Position numbers and translations under genes: made by a program. The notes beneath the pieces are model-generated. The model did no database searches. It was not told the origin of the DNA and worked only from the letters and a program-made list of their open reading frames with translations. Shown here piece by piece: positions 1 through 13,600 of a DNA stretch of 64,000 nt; position 1 is the first letter of the stretch, and each line of letters begins with the position of its first letter. Origin of the DNA: Pecten maximus (lineage: Eukaryota); NCBI RefSeq assembly GCF_902652985.1, contig NC_047018.1:25916001-25980000 (forward strand), given 5' to 3'.

Positions 1-3000
1 TTACTGCACAGGGAACTTACTTCCTCATTAGGGATCAACTGCCCAGACTCCAATGATAGGATCAATGTTCCCGTATCCGCCAATGGCTGTCAAGAGTGTT
101 ACGTGTATTATCATCTACACTTCACTGTAATAGGAATAATTCGGTGGTAAAGTTTGGTATTATAACTAAGTATACGCCAAGATTTAACTGTGTACTAAAT
201 GATATTCACAGAAAGGAGGAATCTGATTGGATATCAATACCTGAAAATACGTTGCTCATTTCCGGTTCCGGTTGTGTCAGACTCAAAGGGAAAACGCTCA
301 TTAAGTGCTCAATGTGGCTTTAGAAACCATATAGTTCTTCACCCTTCACAATGATTCCAGGACTTATCCTTTTGGTACCATATGTAATTTTTTACTTCAA
401 AAAATGGTGTCGACAACAACTTTTTTGTGCGTTCGGTTGTTGTTAACTGCAGAGAATTTGGGAACGCATTGACCGATTATCTTGGAGATAGACTTTTTTT
501 GGAGACATTGTAATGCAAGACTTTTTTTTATTTTTGGAGACAATGTGATGCACATATGGCTAGAACTTATTATTAGTGTTGACTGCATAGTGCCAGTGAT
601 GCACCCAGTAAGTTGGCTCAGCCCCTGACAGATTTTTTATCAAACAAATTACAAATCTGATTTCCCTACAGTTTACGCGTTCTCAGTTCAGAAGTCAATG
701 TCCTTTTAATTTTTGAAACCCTGAGCCAAGAAGTGTGCTTCTTAATTCACTCCCTCCCCACATTACTTGGTGTGTCAACAGTAACCATTTCTCTTCCAAA
801 AGGAATTGGAAATAATGGTTTATGACCTGTAGAGCAGGTAGTTGTTGTGGAAAATATCGATCAAGGAAGCATTGATTTTTGTGAGATGTATAAATAATGA
901 CCGTGGTCTACCTCAGCCAGGCATACACGGACCACGTTAAGACCTAGCGTTCTGGGCATTCACTGTGATACTGTTAAAGTTTACAAAGTTTATTTGGAGC
1001 CTGTTGTATATGAACATCAGTTGAGTAAAGATACTTTCAAATCAGCGGTTTCCGTGATTCATATTGTCCTGTACAGGCTAGAACACAAAGGAGTATGAAA
1101 TTTATTATATTTTTCTTATTTTTTTAAACTTAACTGTAATGTAGCAGCAGTAATAGAACTGGAGCTTGTCTCAGCATAATATATCTTAATTAATTTGAGA
1201 GCTTATAAGTAGTTCTGTTTCGTGTTGAAGTCTTTATAACATTCACCTCTAACGCATGTCTTCATCATTTTTATCTTCCGCTCTACTACAGCATATATTT
1301 ATTCGTTAAATCATTTTTAGTGTTTATAATATGATTGCAGATTAATTCCGCGTTTATTTTCCTTAAGTATATCTTACATTGTGGTTCTATCTTTTTCGTG
1401 ATGGATTTGGAAGTTTGATTATTGTCTGAAACGAGACTCATAAGAACACGTAACCCACGTTATCCAGAGCTAATCAGGACAACTAATTAATGACGTCGAA
1501 ACCCGTCACATACTGATCATACTCTCTCATTATGCGATTGTTGGATTTTCTCGAAATAGTGATTTTTGATGTATTTCTGTACGAATTGTTGTATTATTTA
1601 TTCATTACTTTACATGAAATACAATGGTTTATGGGTATATTGTCACCCTCTTAGGTAATAACTTGATGTAAGTAAAGGGTCTCTCGTGCCATGGGGTACT
1701 TTTCTATCGGTCTACCTCCATTCAGGTAATATACATTGGAATGAGGTACTTTCACGATCTTCTGAAATAAGGTCAATTTCTTTATGTTAAGTAGTAAAGG
1801 TACAAAAATAAACGAAGAGATCATTTTCCCAACGGATACTAAATCTTTCCTGTACTGGGTATTATAGAAGTAGGCCATACCTGTATATATACAGGGAAGG
1901 GTATTATACCTGTAAACCATTGTAATGTTCTTGTGTAAGGTAATCCCCCTTAAAACAGTATTACGGTATGGTCCATAATGGACTCCATTGTTCGTTGATC
2001 TACACATATTTCGTTAAACCCAAATGAAATAAAAAATCAAATTGATTTGGTTTCAGTCTTCTTATTTGTATATTGTGTTCTGGATTAGAGACCTAAGCCA
2101 GGGTAATCCAATACCTGGTAAAGGACACAGATTTACCTGTGTTACCTGTACAATTTGTCATGTAAGTAGAATTAGTGAATTGTTTTACCTGTTCAAATAT
2201 AAACCATATTAAACCAGGTTTCTGGTTCATCAATCCTTTGACTGTAATCACTAAATGAGTATTTAAATCAAGTGATTTTTAATTGGAAGTTCAAAGTTGC
2301 TGGGATTGTATAATGTAAAAGCACCTGTGCTATGTCCCTCGGTAAACCCGTCCGTGTTGTGTCAATTTTAAAAAAAGAGGATTAAGTTTTCTTCCTAACG
2401 GGTTCACAATACAGGTAACGGATTCAGGAGTTTAACATTCCAGAAACGTCCAACTCAAAGAATATCAAGTCGGGGCATGATGGCGTGTTCGTGGATATCG
2501 ACCACCACCTGTAGATCGATAACCTATAAGTAGGTTACCTACTTCAAGAAAAGTACGCGATGATAAAAACCTTTACAACCCTAAACTCTATAAGTTCAGT
2601 TGACAGAAGGGTGAATTACATCAATAGTATGTCTCTGATCCAATACCAATGTTAAATGTCAATACGAGAGCCTAACATTTACTTTTTGATTCAGTAAAAT
2701 TTTAATATCAATATCACCATAATTGATCAGTCTATGATAATTGCTAACCCATTACAAAGAACTTAAAACTGTCCCCATTCCCTTTACAATTAAAACTAAA
2801 TTTCGCCGGGCAAGAGATACAAGGTGACGGATTGACTTACATAATTGGATCAAATGTTCCGCGCCTTAGATTTTCGTTAAAACTCCTACACACGACCCAA
2901 CGGTAAATTATAAAGCTGTTTTATATAAGTGCTTATATGCAGTAACTCCAGGCCACCTTACCCTGAATAAGACATTCACAGTGACATACGCTCGGCTGAT

Positions 3001-3611
3001 TTCCATTACAATACACTAATAGCTTCACGAGTACTTTGTACACTTTTAACGGCAGATTTTTCCATTTAAATTTACTGTGTACTTTAATTTAAAAGCCGCA
3101 TTTATCAATCGCCGGTAAGTTTTGTTCGCCCAAAGATATTTTTAAAACCTGTAATATGATTAGAATCATGAGTAATACCTAGCCACTTTGATCTGTTTGA
3201 GACTTAGTGTTTATTGAAGCTCAACAAAAATAACATTGTCAATGAATCTGGTTATTCTAGATTCAAGATCTTTATTTCACTCTGACACACTACAAGAGGT
3301 CAAACAATACATAACTTCATCAAGTATATTACTCGTGGTATATATTGGCGGGTTTGGTGGGCGCGGCACATATTTACTTTTAGGGTAAAACTGTATTTCT
3401 ATTTACTAACTTTATTCCACACCTCTAGTGCAAGTTATACATTACCATCACAACTTTCGATATGAATGTTGTGAGTAGGGTGCTAGGGAAAGAGGGGTAT
3501 ACATCTAAAGGCGATCTCTGATTCGTAAATCAGATTGCTACATCAGCATATCCCCTAGAGAGTACGACATCCACACATCTCTAGAGAGTACTACTCCCAC
3601 ACATCCCTAGA

Positions 3612-4050
3612 GGGAACAACCAACCAATTGAAAAAAAATAATTTTTTAAAGTCGAGCCAGGGATAAAATGTCTGGCAGCCACTGATTGGCCAGTATGTTA
3701 TGAAGTGAGAAAATTGATATGTAGCCTGATAGGTAACTATCAATAAGAAAGGTTGATATAAATTTCGTAAGTCCGATTGATTTTTTCCCAAATGTTCAGG
3801 TAATAATAACAAACAGGTAAACATTTAAGATTTTTGGGAATTTTTACTGCGAAATTCACCTATTTTCAAAATGGCTACCCTGGAGAAAATTTGAGCTCAA
3901 GGACCCAACTTTTTTTTTGATTAGGTGTTATATCAGACCCTAAACTTTTGTTATAAAGCATAATTGTCATATTGAATTCAAGAATTTGAATGAAATACTC
4001 CAAAACGTTAACACTAAAGTCTATGGGAAAACAATTGGTTGGTTGGTCCC
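3612..4050. mobile_element. MITE inserted into the 26-bp minisatellite
   Basis: TIRs GGGAACAACCAACCAATTG / CAATTGGTTGGTTGGTCCC (1 mismatch); flanks TAGA/TATA; minisatellite units on both sides. Confidence 0.75.
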
Positions 4051-5062
4051 TATAGAGTACTACACCACACATCTCTAGATAGTACGAAATCCACACATCT
4101 CTATAGAGTACTAAATCCACACACCTCTATAGAGTACTAAATCCACACATCTCTATAGAGTACTAAATCCACACATCTCTATAGAGTACTAAATCCACAC
4201 ATCTCTATAGAGTACTAAATCCACACATCCCTATAGAGTACTACACCACACATCTCTAGATAGTACTAAATCCACACATCCCTATAGAGTACTACACCAC
4301 ACATCTCTAGATAGTACTAAATCCACACATCTCTAGATAGTACTAAATCCACACATCCCTATAGAGTACTACACCACACATCTCTAGAGAGTACTAAATC
4401 CACACATCCCTATAGAGTACTAAATCCACACATCTCTATAGAGTACTAAATCCACACATCTCTATAGAGTACTAAATCCACACATCTCTATAGAGTACTA
4501 AATCCACACATCTCTAGAGAGTACTAAATCCACACATCCCTATAGAGTACTACACCACACATCTCTAGAGAGTACTAAATCCACACATCCCTATAGAGTA
4601 CTAAATCCACACATCTCTATAGAGTACTACATCCACACATCTCTATAGAGTACTAAATCCACACATCTATAGAGAGTACTAAATCCACACATCTCTATAG
4701 AGTACTAAATCCACACATCTCTATAGAGTACTAAATCCACACATCTCTATAGAGTACTAAATCCACACATCTCTATAGAGTACTAAATCCACACATCCCT
4801 ATAGAGTACTAAATCCACACATCTCTATAGAGTACTAATCCACACATCTCTAGAGTACTAAATCCACACATCTCTATAGAGTACTAAATCCACACATCTC
4901 TATAGAGTACTAAATCCACACATCTCTGTAGAGTACTAAATCCACACATCTCTACAGAGTACTAAATCCACACATCTCTATAGAGTACTAAATCCACACA
5001 TCTATAGAGAGTACTAAATCCACACATCTCTATAGAGTACTAAATCCACACATGTATAGAGA
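4051..5062. repeat. 26-bp minisatellite (TATAGAGTACTAAATCCACACATCTC), about 38 units; 2-3 more units at 3550-3611
   Basis: Period read directly. Confidence 0.97.
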
Positions 5063-8000
5063 GTTATTCGTCCACATGTACGTCTATAGCGAGTAATATA
5101 CATCAATCCTTCTGTCTTATGTCTACAATATATGTTGCCTACTATACCGATTTCTTTTGTATATTTGCTTCATATGCCTTTTTACTCTTTATTTTTGGAG
5201 GCAATGCAATGAATGATAATGATAAAGAACATTGCATCCAGACATCTTTTTAGAGCAAATCATGTCGTTTTTTTCGTTACACCAATCATCGAGAATGAAG
5301 GAGAGTGGTTGTGTGTGTGTTAATTGACGATCTGTCTAGAGCTGTTAAAACATAACCTTACAAACACTTTCATTGAATCTTTGTTATCTGAGTATGTCTA
5401 TATATAACACACTATAAAATTTCATAGATACCAGTGTCAACACATAAGTGTCCATTTATTGTCTTTAGTGACATAAGTGGATGGTATATCTGATAGTATA
5501 AGTGTAATCTGCTGTCGTTATCAGTGGCCGTCGATAAAACCAATAAGATGGATAGAGTTTAACACTATGTAGTTGCTGATATTCTATTTCTTTTCTTTGC
5601 CGCGATAAAACTACCAATACGTCAAGCGATCAAAAGAAATAATGAAAAAGAGAAAGAAGAAGAAAAAGCAAGAATCTAACGAAAATACAAAAAGCAGTGA
5701 AGGAAATATCGCCAAAACGATGCAAAATTAGACCTTTCTATTGTGTTCTGTGGCGTCCTTCTTACTTCGGTTTGGTTTCCTTTCGCTCTTTCGCTATGGT
5801 CTATTTTGCTTTAGCAAGTTATTGTTGCTCGACATTCTTTGCGGGCAACGAAACTATAATACGGAGTGTCGTTTTCAGCCACCATGGCGTCGTGTATTTC
5901 CTAAAAGTTCATTGGGGGAAAACTTAAGTGAAAAAGTTTCAAGAAGGGACGTCTGAAATTAAACTTGGAAATGTGACGCACTTGATCTGTTTTGTCCTTT
6001 ATTCTTTGCCTCACAAACGAAACCCCAATCACAGGAATTCGGCGTCCAGTATCTCTCCGGACTCGTCGACGACTTCTTCATATCTTTCCCACCTTATGGC
6101 TAACATTTTGATCTTTCATACAAACGCAATGATAAATTGAACATTTGAACCAACAGCGCAATTATTTTACACACTGGACTGCTGTTGTTTACTTTTGTGC
6201 TCAATGAATGTTCTTTTTATCTCCTTGAAACAAATTTGAGGAAATGTTAATATATATTCTTACTTCCTAACTTCATAAATAAAAAGGCTTTTTTCTTCAT
6301 TTGGGAATGTCAGTAAAGAAATTGTTTTCTTAGACATTTTTCATCAAAAAGTCGTGTTTTTGAAGATCTTCACAGCATTATAGTTATATCTCGGGTACAA
6401 CTACGTTGTACATTTTATCTCCACATACATGTTCGGGTCAATCAGTGAGCGCCACTGTTTGGCCTATGTCGTTGTTTAACTATCAATAAACAGTTAAGGT
6501 GTGCAGTGTGTTTTTACCTGTATACGCCATTGTGTGACCGAGTGTTCACCTGAGGTTAACACCACACTTATAGGTACCACTGTACACATCACCATGGCTC
6601 CGACCTCCGTGTACCTACCTAAATATAGAATGATATTGATTACATGTAGGTATAGCTGTAGACTAGAGCACCACCCCGCAATACAAACAATTATATTTAC
6701 TTTTCTAAAACTTACTTAATGGAACTTTGATACTTTCTAATCATTTATTTTTATAAACATTGTCCAGTCTATATTTTAAACAAAGTATGAATGAACTGAA
6801 TCAGTGAACTTGATAACGGTACACTATTATATAAATAACGGCAGCTGTTCGCTCCAACACACGCACTTCCTTACAATGATTGATTTTTTTTTTCGGTGCG
6901 TACATGTTTTTTTTTCTTCCAGTGTAAATTCCAATTCTCGTGAATGTGACGTTGTTAGTAAAGGGACATATATAGGAACAGATCATAGGAGGTACCCATC
7001 TGGATTTGTATACATTGTAATTACCAATACATTGTGTATATGTTTTTTTTCTTAAAAATATCAAATAAACCTGACATGGAGTAACTTAACTGCCCTAATC
7101 ACTATGTTGTCTTCTACATGGGCACTGGCGGATTTAAAATTGTTTGAATATATCGTGAAATACACTAGAATGCAGGATGATCGAAAATTCTGTATCCGAC
7201 ACTGATGGGCTTTTTCATGAAAAGGCCAATCGCACTGAGGATGGCTGACTTGCAGAATGCATACACCAATATACTAGTGTATATACAATGTTTTGTTATA
7301 CTATTCTTTGTTCTCGTTCCTTTGTTTGAATGAAAGTATGCATTAGTTTATTGATTGATTTATATATTTTCATATTTCAACAGGGCTAAATTGTCACCAT
7401 AACGACTTAAGTTCTAATCAAAAAAGTACCCTAGCAATACATGATTCTGGTACAACGTCAAATCAGGATATGTCTGAACATAGAACCATTACGTCACTGG
7501 AACATACAATATATTCCTTTCCGAACTTTCCTTTCCCTGTTGAAGAACATCTGTTGGAAATATTAATTGCCAACGACATCTGAAAAGGTTCACAAACGAT
7601 AGTTTCATTTCTTATTCATCAAAACGACATACATATTTTATATGACCTATATAAAACCTTTTATTCCTGTTCATGATGTGTATAGACAAATCACATGGAT
7701 AAGCATACGGTTATAAGGTTAATAAACATTGGATACTATTATTTCGTTCAAAAAGATAACTTACGAACAGTAACATTTTATAATCCTCTATACGATTCAT
7801 TAGACAGTAGTAACATTTGTAACACTCTTGGGAAGGATATGATCGGTTAAGGATAGTGTGTTGGTTCGTTTGCAGTAACGTGTTCCTCCGGGACGTTCAT
7901 ATGTCTACACATTAATGTATAAGTCTGTCTAAGAAACTACACATAAAGTAATTTACCACTTAAAGGTCGAAACACATATATGGACAGTATTTCTTTTTGG

Positions 8001-8600
8001 CTATGAACGACAGTAATTTTTGGAGCAATGCTGATGGACAATGCCGAGACCAGAGGTCAGCCGTCTGACTATAGAGATACACTATAAATGGTCCACGAGT
8101 GTCCATAATTAACAGTGGTAGAGTTTATCTATAACCCAAAACATCTTAGTGTGTTGAGATGTGGTACCTACACGAGAGGTTCTATAAGGATAACTGATCC
8201 CAATATTGTATATTAATGGCTCTATACAATATTTTCCTGTATTTTTATCGTCATGCCTCTTAATTATCTATTCTACAGACATGCTCGCTTGACAGAAAAT
8301 TACTTTCAATTGTATCTTCTGACGAACGAAAGTTTGAGAAAGATACATGAACTCCAGTCGTGTGTGATTTCAGTTTCCTAGAGAAACACAAACCATCCCT
8401 ACAATACAAGGGTGGTTTGTGTTTCTCATGGAAGCCGAGATCACGACCCTTTTGTGCCAACTGGATTACATGCATCAGTCTCCTGTATGTTGTTCAGTGG
8501 AGTAACCACAAGCTACTACAGAGGCTACAGACACTCTGTCTCAAAATGACCTGTCTGTTCACAAGGCGATAAATACTAAATCAAACATGAAATACTAACC

Positions 8601-8866
8601 AAGAAATAGCATCACAAACTTCAACTGTCAAAATCAAAGATGGTCGGAATTTTATGTCCCCTTAAACAGCATGGAGGCACAACTTAGGGCTTGAGGAAAG
8701 CTACTGGAGTTTGAGAAAGGACAACACAAACTTATACTGTCAAAACTATAATGGCATCCTGTTGGCCATGTTCTTGAAAATCTGATCAGCCTCCAATCTC
8801 AACATGTACTACTAGGGACTAATGGGAACCTATATCAGCCATTTGAGAAATATCATTCTAGTTCTT
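8601..8866 (-). repeat. Degenerate, interrupted fragment of the 155-bp satellite monomer
   Basis: aagaaatagcatcacaaacttcaactgtcaaaatcaaagatgg matches the reverse complement of the monomer at 50.5-55 kb; a similar fragment lies at about 26630-26750. Confidence 0.6.
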
Positions 8867-8879
8867 AATAGTGCCGTGC

Positions 8880-9260
8880 AGGTTAAGCATAATTATTGTA
8901 CATGCCTGCTATTGCACTATTCGTAAGAGGCGGCTAAATTTGGGATCTTTCTCACTTCTTTCTTCTTCCTAATGTCTCCCTCCATACTGACTCACTTTTG
9001 GCCCTTAATTGAGCATTTGACACTGGGAAATGGTAGTTGCTGAGCGTTAAGTTTAGCATTTTGGGAGTGGGAAGACTGGTTCATCTGTTGTCAATAAAAT
9101 GTGATCGGGTGGGGCTTCCTGCTAGGTGTCTTTGGCAATATGCTTCAGTGAGGTAACACTATAAAGTCAGCATTCACAGCTTCCCAAAACTCATTCAGCA
9201 TCTTGCACACAGGAGGCTGTCCTTCAAATGGCCAGAGCTATTGATAAATTACTCTAAGCA
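8880..9260 (+). mobile_element. Degenerate SINE remnants (Meta/Nin-Deu type core motifs)
   Basis: tcgtaagaggcggctaaa and ttcagtgaggtaacactataaa motifs; the latter recurs at about 24200. Family assignment is from memory. Confidence 0.4.
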
Positions 9261-10306
9261 ATACAAAACCAAAGTCTGAAGAAATAGGGGTAACATAACT
9301 TCCCAGTACACCACTAGCCCTATGTCAATAGAAATTGTTTCAATATTTTAGCAGGTCGATGTTACGGACCAAAAAGCAAAACTCTACAGTCTTGGTTATT
9401 AAGAGGAACATTCATGTAGCCTTTTTATGATTTAACACACTTAGCCTAATCTAACCATGGAGATGAAGGTCATTAGAAATAAAAATTCAACCCCCCCCCC
9501 CCTCCAATCCCCCTTCCTCTCACCAACATCCTAGAGGCAGAACAGCATGACATTTCATCTTGCACTTCGATTTCAAAAGAAGTTAGGAACATTTCTCTCC
9601 AACAAATTTGATAGCCCTTTAAACAAATATACTACTGGCCAGGCCCCGACTCTGGGCCCTCTTGGTAGTTAACAAAACCAGTTGACATAAAGAGACAGAT
9701 GACGGATGTAGAACCACAGTAAAAGCTCACCTGTATTACGTTTAGGCAGGTGAGCTAAAAACAGCAAGTCAATATTTTTCATCATTAATATGTTATTTTA
9801 TTGTTTTGTAAATCTGTTCAGAACTTACATATGCATGTTTATTTCCAGATGAAGTTGGAAGCTGTACCAAAGTAACACATTTCTCTACAGAGAAATCAGC
9901 TAAGAAAGTTCTATAGTATTTTATTACTGTGGGTAGTGTTGATAAGAAGTACGACAATATTGATAAATAAGAAATGTACCTATTTCACAAGGTGGACACA
10001 GATTTGACAGTCATGTTGTTAGATAAGACAGGTGGTTCAGTTGACACAAGTTCTGTTGAATATGGTTTGTATCACTGCAATAGGCCAGTATACACTACAG
10101 GGTGTGTGGGACAAACACATCAATACACAGATTTAAACAATGGGATGGTTTACATCTACATATATACATGGGATACAAAACAATGGAATTGTGTATTACA
10201 TACAATGAAATATATATTACCTTACATTAATTACATTGCATTTCCATGGTAACATATACTTTGTAGCAACTGTACAACTACATACAATCTATGTACAATA
10301 TCAATG

Positions 10307-10432
10307 CTAACACAGAACATCTAACACAGAACACAGAACATCTAACACAGAACATTAACACAGAACATTAACACAGAACATCTAACACAGAACATTAACA
10401 CAGAACATCTAACACAGAACATCTAACACAAA
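10307..10432. repeat. 13-14-bp minisatellite (TAACACAGAACATC)
   Basis: Direct reading. Confidence 0.9.
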
Positions 10433-12215
10433 GAAGTACCTAGCACTCGAGCCATCATTTTAACCCCTCACTGCCGGGGCCAGCCTAACATACCCACACA
10501 TTCATATCCCCTTCAGTTATAGCTACTTACACTAAAGCCCGAACTGCACACAGCTTACACAAATCACAGGAGCTCTATACAGATAACACTCCAACAATAC
10601 ACAATGTATGTAAATGTATATAATTCTCTGTTGAAGTATAGTACAGGTCATACTTTAAATTTGCTTCAGTTAAGATGGATATATATATGGATCCACAGAT
10701 TTCAGAGGTTTTATTACATATGACAGCTGAACTAATTGCAGGTTGCTTTAAACAGGTTACACTGACTATTGCAAGCATATATAGAAACTGCAAATTCTAT
10801 TTAACATATAACATTAGATATTGTTTATAATAAAATTCAGATTAACCTTAAATCTTTCTCAGGTAAATTCTTTCACATTCAAACCTGTTTATTTTGGCAA
10901 CAAATCACATAATATTTGTTTAATTTATCTGAACAGTTCATCATAATGTCATATAACATTTGTCTCATCTATCTGAAAACATCATCACCACCTCAAACAT
11001 TGTTACTTCCTGATTCTTGGTTTCTGTTTACAGTTTGGAGTAAATCCAGGTAGAAAAAGGGAAGTTTTTTACCTGGGTTAAAAAGTCAATAATTGATAAT
11101 CTCACATCTTATATACATTTTGATATATTTATACAATAATTAAACATTTATATAAAATGCAAATTTAATCACAATTTTATTCCACATCATAATTTACATA
11201 AATAAGGATATTATGTTCAATTTGCAGAGCAGTATATACTTTTAATAAAACAAGACTTACCTCCCATATCTTATACAGTAATATATATCTATATATACAC
11301 ATATACATAATATAAGGATTTTCCCATCCTGTATTCCTTTTTTTCTCGATACTTTTTCATTGCACTGTTGATTATACAAAAGATTTCACAAATTTTAAGT
11401 CTTAAAATGACACTTTTAGTTTTGCAAGTTTTAATTTTATGATTCAGGTTTACATAGCCATTTAAAATGTTAATCAACTATCTAGAAAAAAGACCTTGTA
11501 TATAGCTATAATTGCAGTGTGGAGAACTAGTACACACCATTCATCATACTATCTACTTCCATTTCCTCTATCCCATCCAAACCAATGTTTATGAAAACTT
11601 TCATTTCATCATATCAATTTAGACACATTTCTCTAAAGGTTAGGAACATACCACCTGCTGTCAAAGTGCTATCGAGTATATACTAACTTTAATTCCAATA
11701 CGAATTCTAGAAATTTACCATGTCACTGTAAACTAATATATTTGCCTTGTAGTTAAAGGTCTCAATCAGGTCATTGAATGAAAACACATCTGACTGATAC
11801 AAAAATCTATGTTCAAGACGAACGACCAGCTTGGTTATCTTTAACAATGTAATCTCCTACAAAGACAGGCTCAGCATCGCTTCAGATTAACTGACATTAA
11901 AATGATCTATAACCTGAAATCCTTTAATGACAACTTACATATGATTTAATTGTGGTATTGGAAAACTTCCATAAAAGGAAAAAAACTTTTTAATGAGAAT
12001 TTTACTATTAAGCATACAAGATATCGCACATTGTGTTATATCTCCAGATTAAACTTGATATCTTGAAACATACATGGTAAGTTATTATATGCACCAAACT
12101 TGGTCCCTAATCTCATTGTCAAATAGTTATCAGAAAAATACAGACACCCACCAAGTACAACATCTGCACCAGAATGTTTTCACAAGAGTATGAGCAATGT
12201 CTATACTTAAAAGAG

Positions 12216-12946
12216 CACAGGGGTATCTACACAGACCTCCCCCACAGGAGTATCTACACAGACGTCCCCCACAGGGGCATCTACACAGACGTCCCCCACA
12301 GGGGCATCTACACAGACGTCCCCCACAGGGGTATCTACACAGACGTCCCCCACAGGAGTATCTACACAGACGTCCCCACAGGGGTATCTACACAGACGTC
12401 CCCCACAGGGGTATCTACACAGACGTCCCCCACAGGAGTATCTACACAGACGTCCCCCACAGGGGTATCTACACAGACGTCCCCACAGGGGCATCTACAC
12501 AGACATCCCCCACAGGGATATCTACACAGACCTCCCCCACAGGAGTATCTACACAGACGTCCCCACAGGGGCATCTACATGGACGTCCCCCACAGGGGCA
12601 TCTACACAGACCTCCCCCACAGGAGTATCTACACAGACGTCCCCACAGGGGCATCTACACAGACGTCCCCCACAGGAGTATCTACACAGACGTCCCCCAC
12701 AGGAGCATGTACACAGACGTCCCCCACAGGAGTATCTACACAGACCTCCCCCACAGGAGCATGTACACAGACGTCCCCCACAGGAGTATCTACACAGACC
12801 TCCCCCACAGGAGTATCTACACAGACATCCCCCACAGGGGTATCTACACAGACGTCCTCCACAGGAGCATCTACACAGACGTCCCCCACAGGAGAATCTA
12901 CACAGACGTCCCCCACAGGAGAATCTACACCCCACAGGACATCTAC
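12216..12946. repeat. 27-bp GC-rich minisatellite (CACAGGGGTATCTACACAGACGTCCCC), about 27 units, some 26 bp
   Basis: Direct reading; source of spurious ORFs on both strands. Confidence 0.97.
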
Positions 12947-13099
12947 TCCACTACACTCTCTTCATTTACTATATATGTAAATGGTATTAAATAACAATAC
13001 ATCACAATCATGTCACACTTCATCAGCACTTTGTGATAGCCCTAGCTCATCACTAAACAATAGAATTCTACAAGAGTAAGTATATGTCTACCAAGATTT

Positions 13100-13600
13100 C
13101 TCGATGGCTGTCACATGACACCACACTTCTCATTTGCTGTCACATGACAACAGACATCTCAATGGCTGTCACGTGATCAAGATCACAGACTTTTCAATAG
13201 CTGTCACATGACGAAATACTTCTCAATGGCTGTCACATGACAACAGACTTCTCAATGCTGTGCTGTCACATGACAACAGACTTCTCAATGGCTGTCACAT
13301 GACAACATACTTCTCAATGGCTGTCACATGACAACATACTTCTCAATGCTGTGCTGTCACATGACAACAGACTTCTCAATGCTGTGCTGTCACATGACAA
13401 AATACTTCTCAATGGCTGTCACATGACAACATACTTCTCAATGCTGTGCTGTCACATGACCACAGGCTTCTCAATGGCTGTAACATGACAAAAGAATTCT
13501 CAATGACTGTCATTCGACAGACTTCTCATTGGCCATCACTTGATCACCACAAACATTTCAGTGTCTGTCACATGACAACAGACTTTTCAGTGTGTCACAT
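13100..13600. repeat. 29/33-bp minisatellite with GTCACATGAC core
   Basis: Unit GCTGTCACATGACAACAGACTTCTCAATG. Confidence 0.92.

Noticed and set aside
4051-5062. CRISPR-like appearance of this and other short-period arrays
   Set aside because: No unique spacers, no cas genes, and the context is eukaryotic and intron-containing.
5878-5904. Perfect Kozak GCCACCATGG
   Set aside because: The ORF is only MASCIS*; no downstream exon structure.
12174-12994. Mucin-like TSPTGVSTQ ORFs
   Set aside because: 27-bp minisatellite with frame-shifting 26-bp units; several frames on both strands are open.
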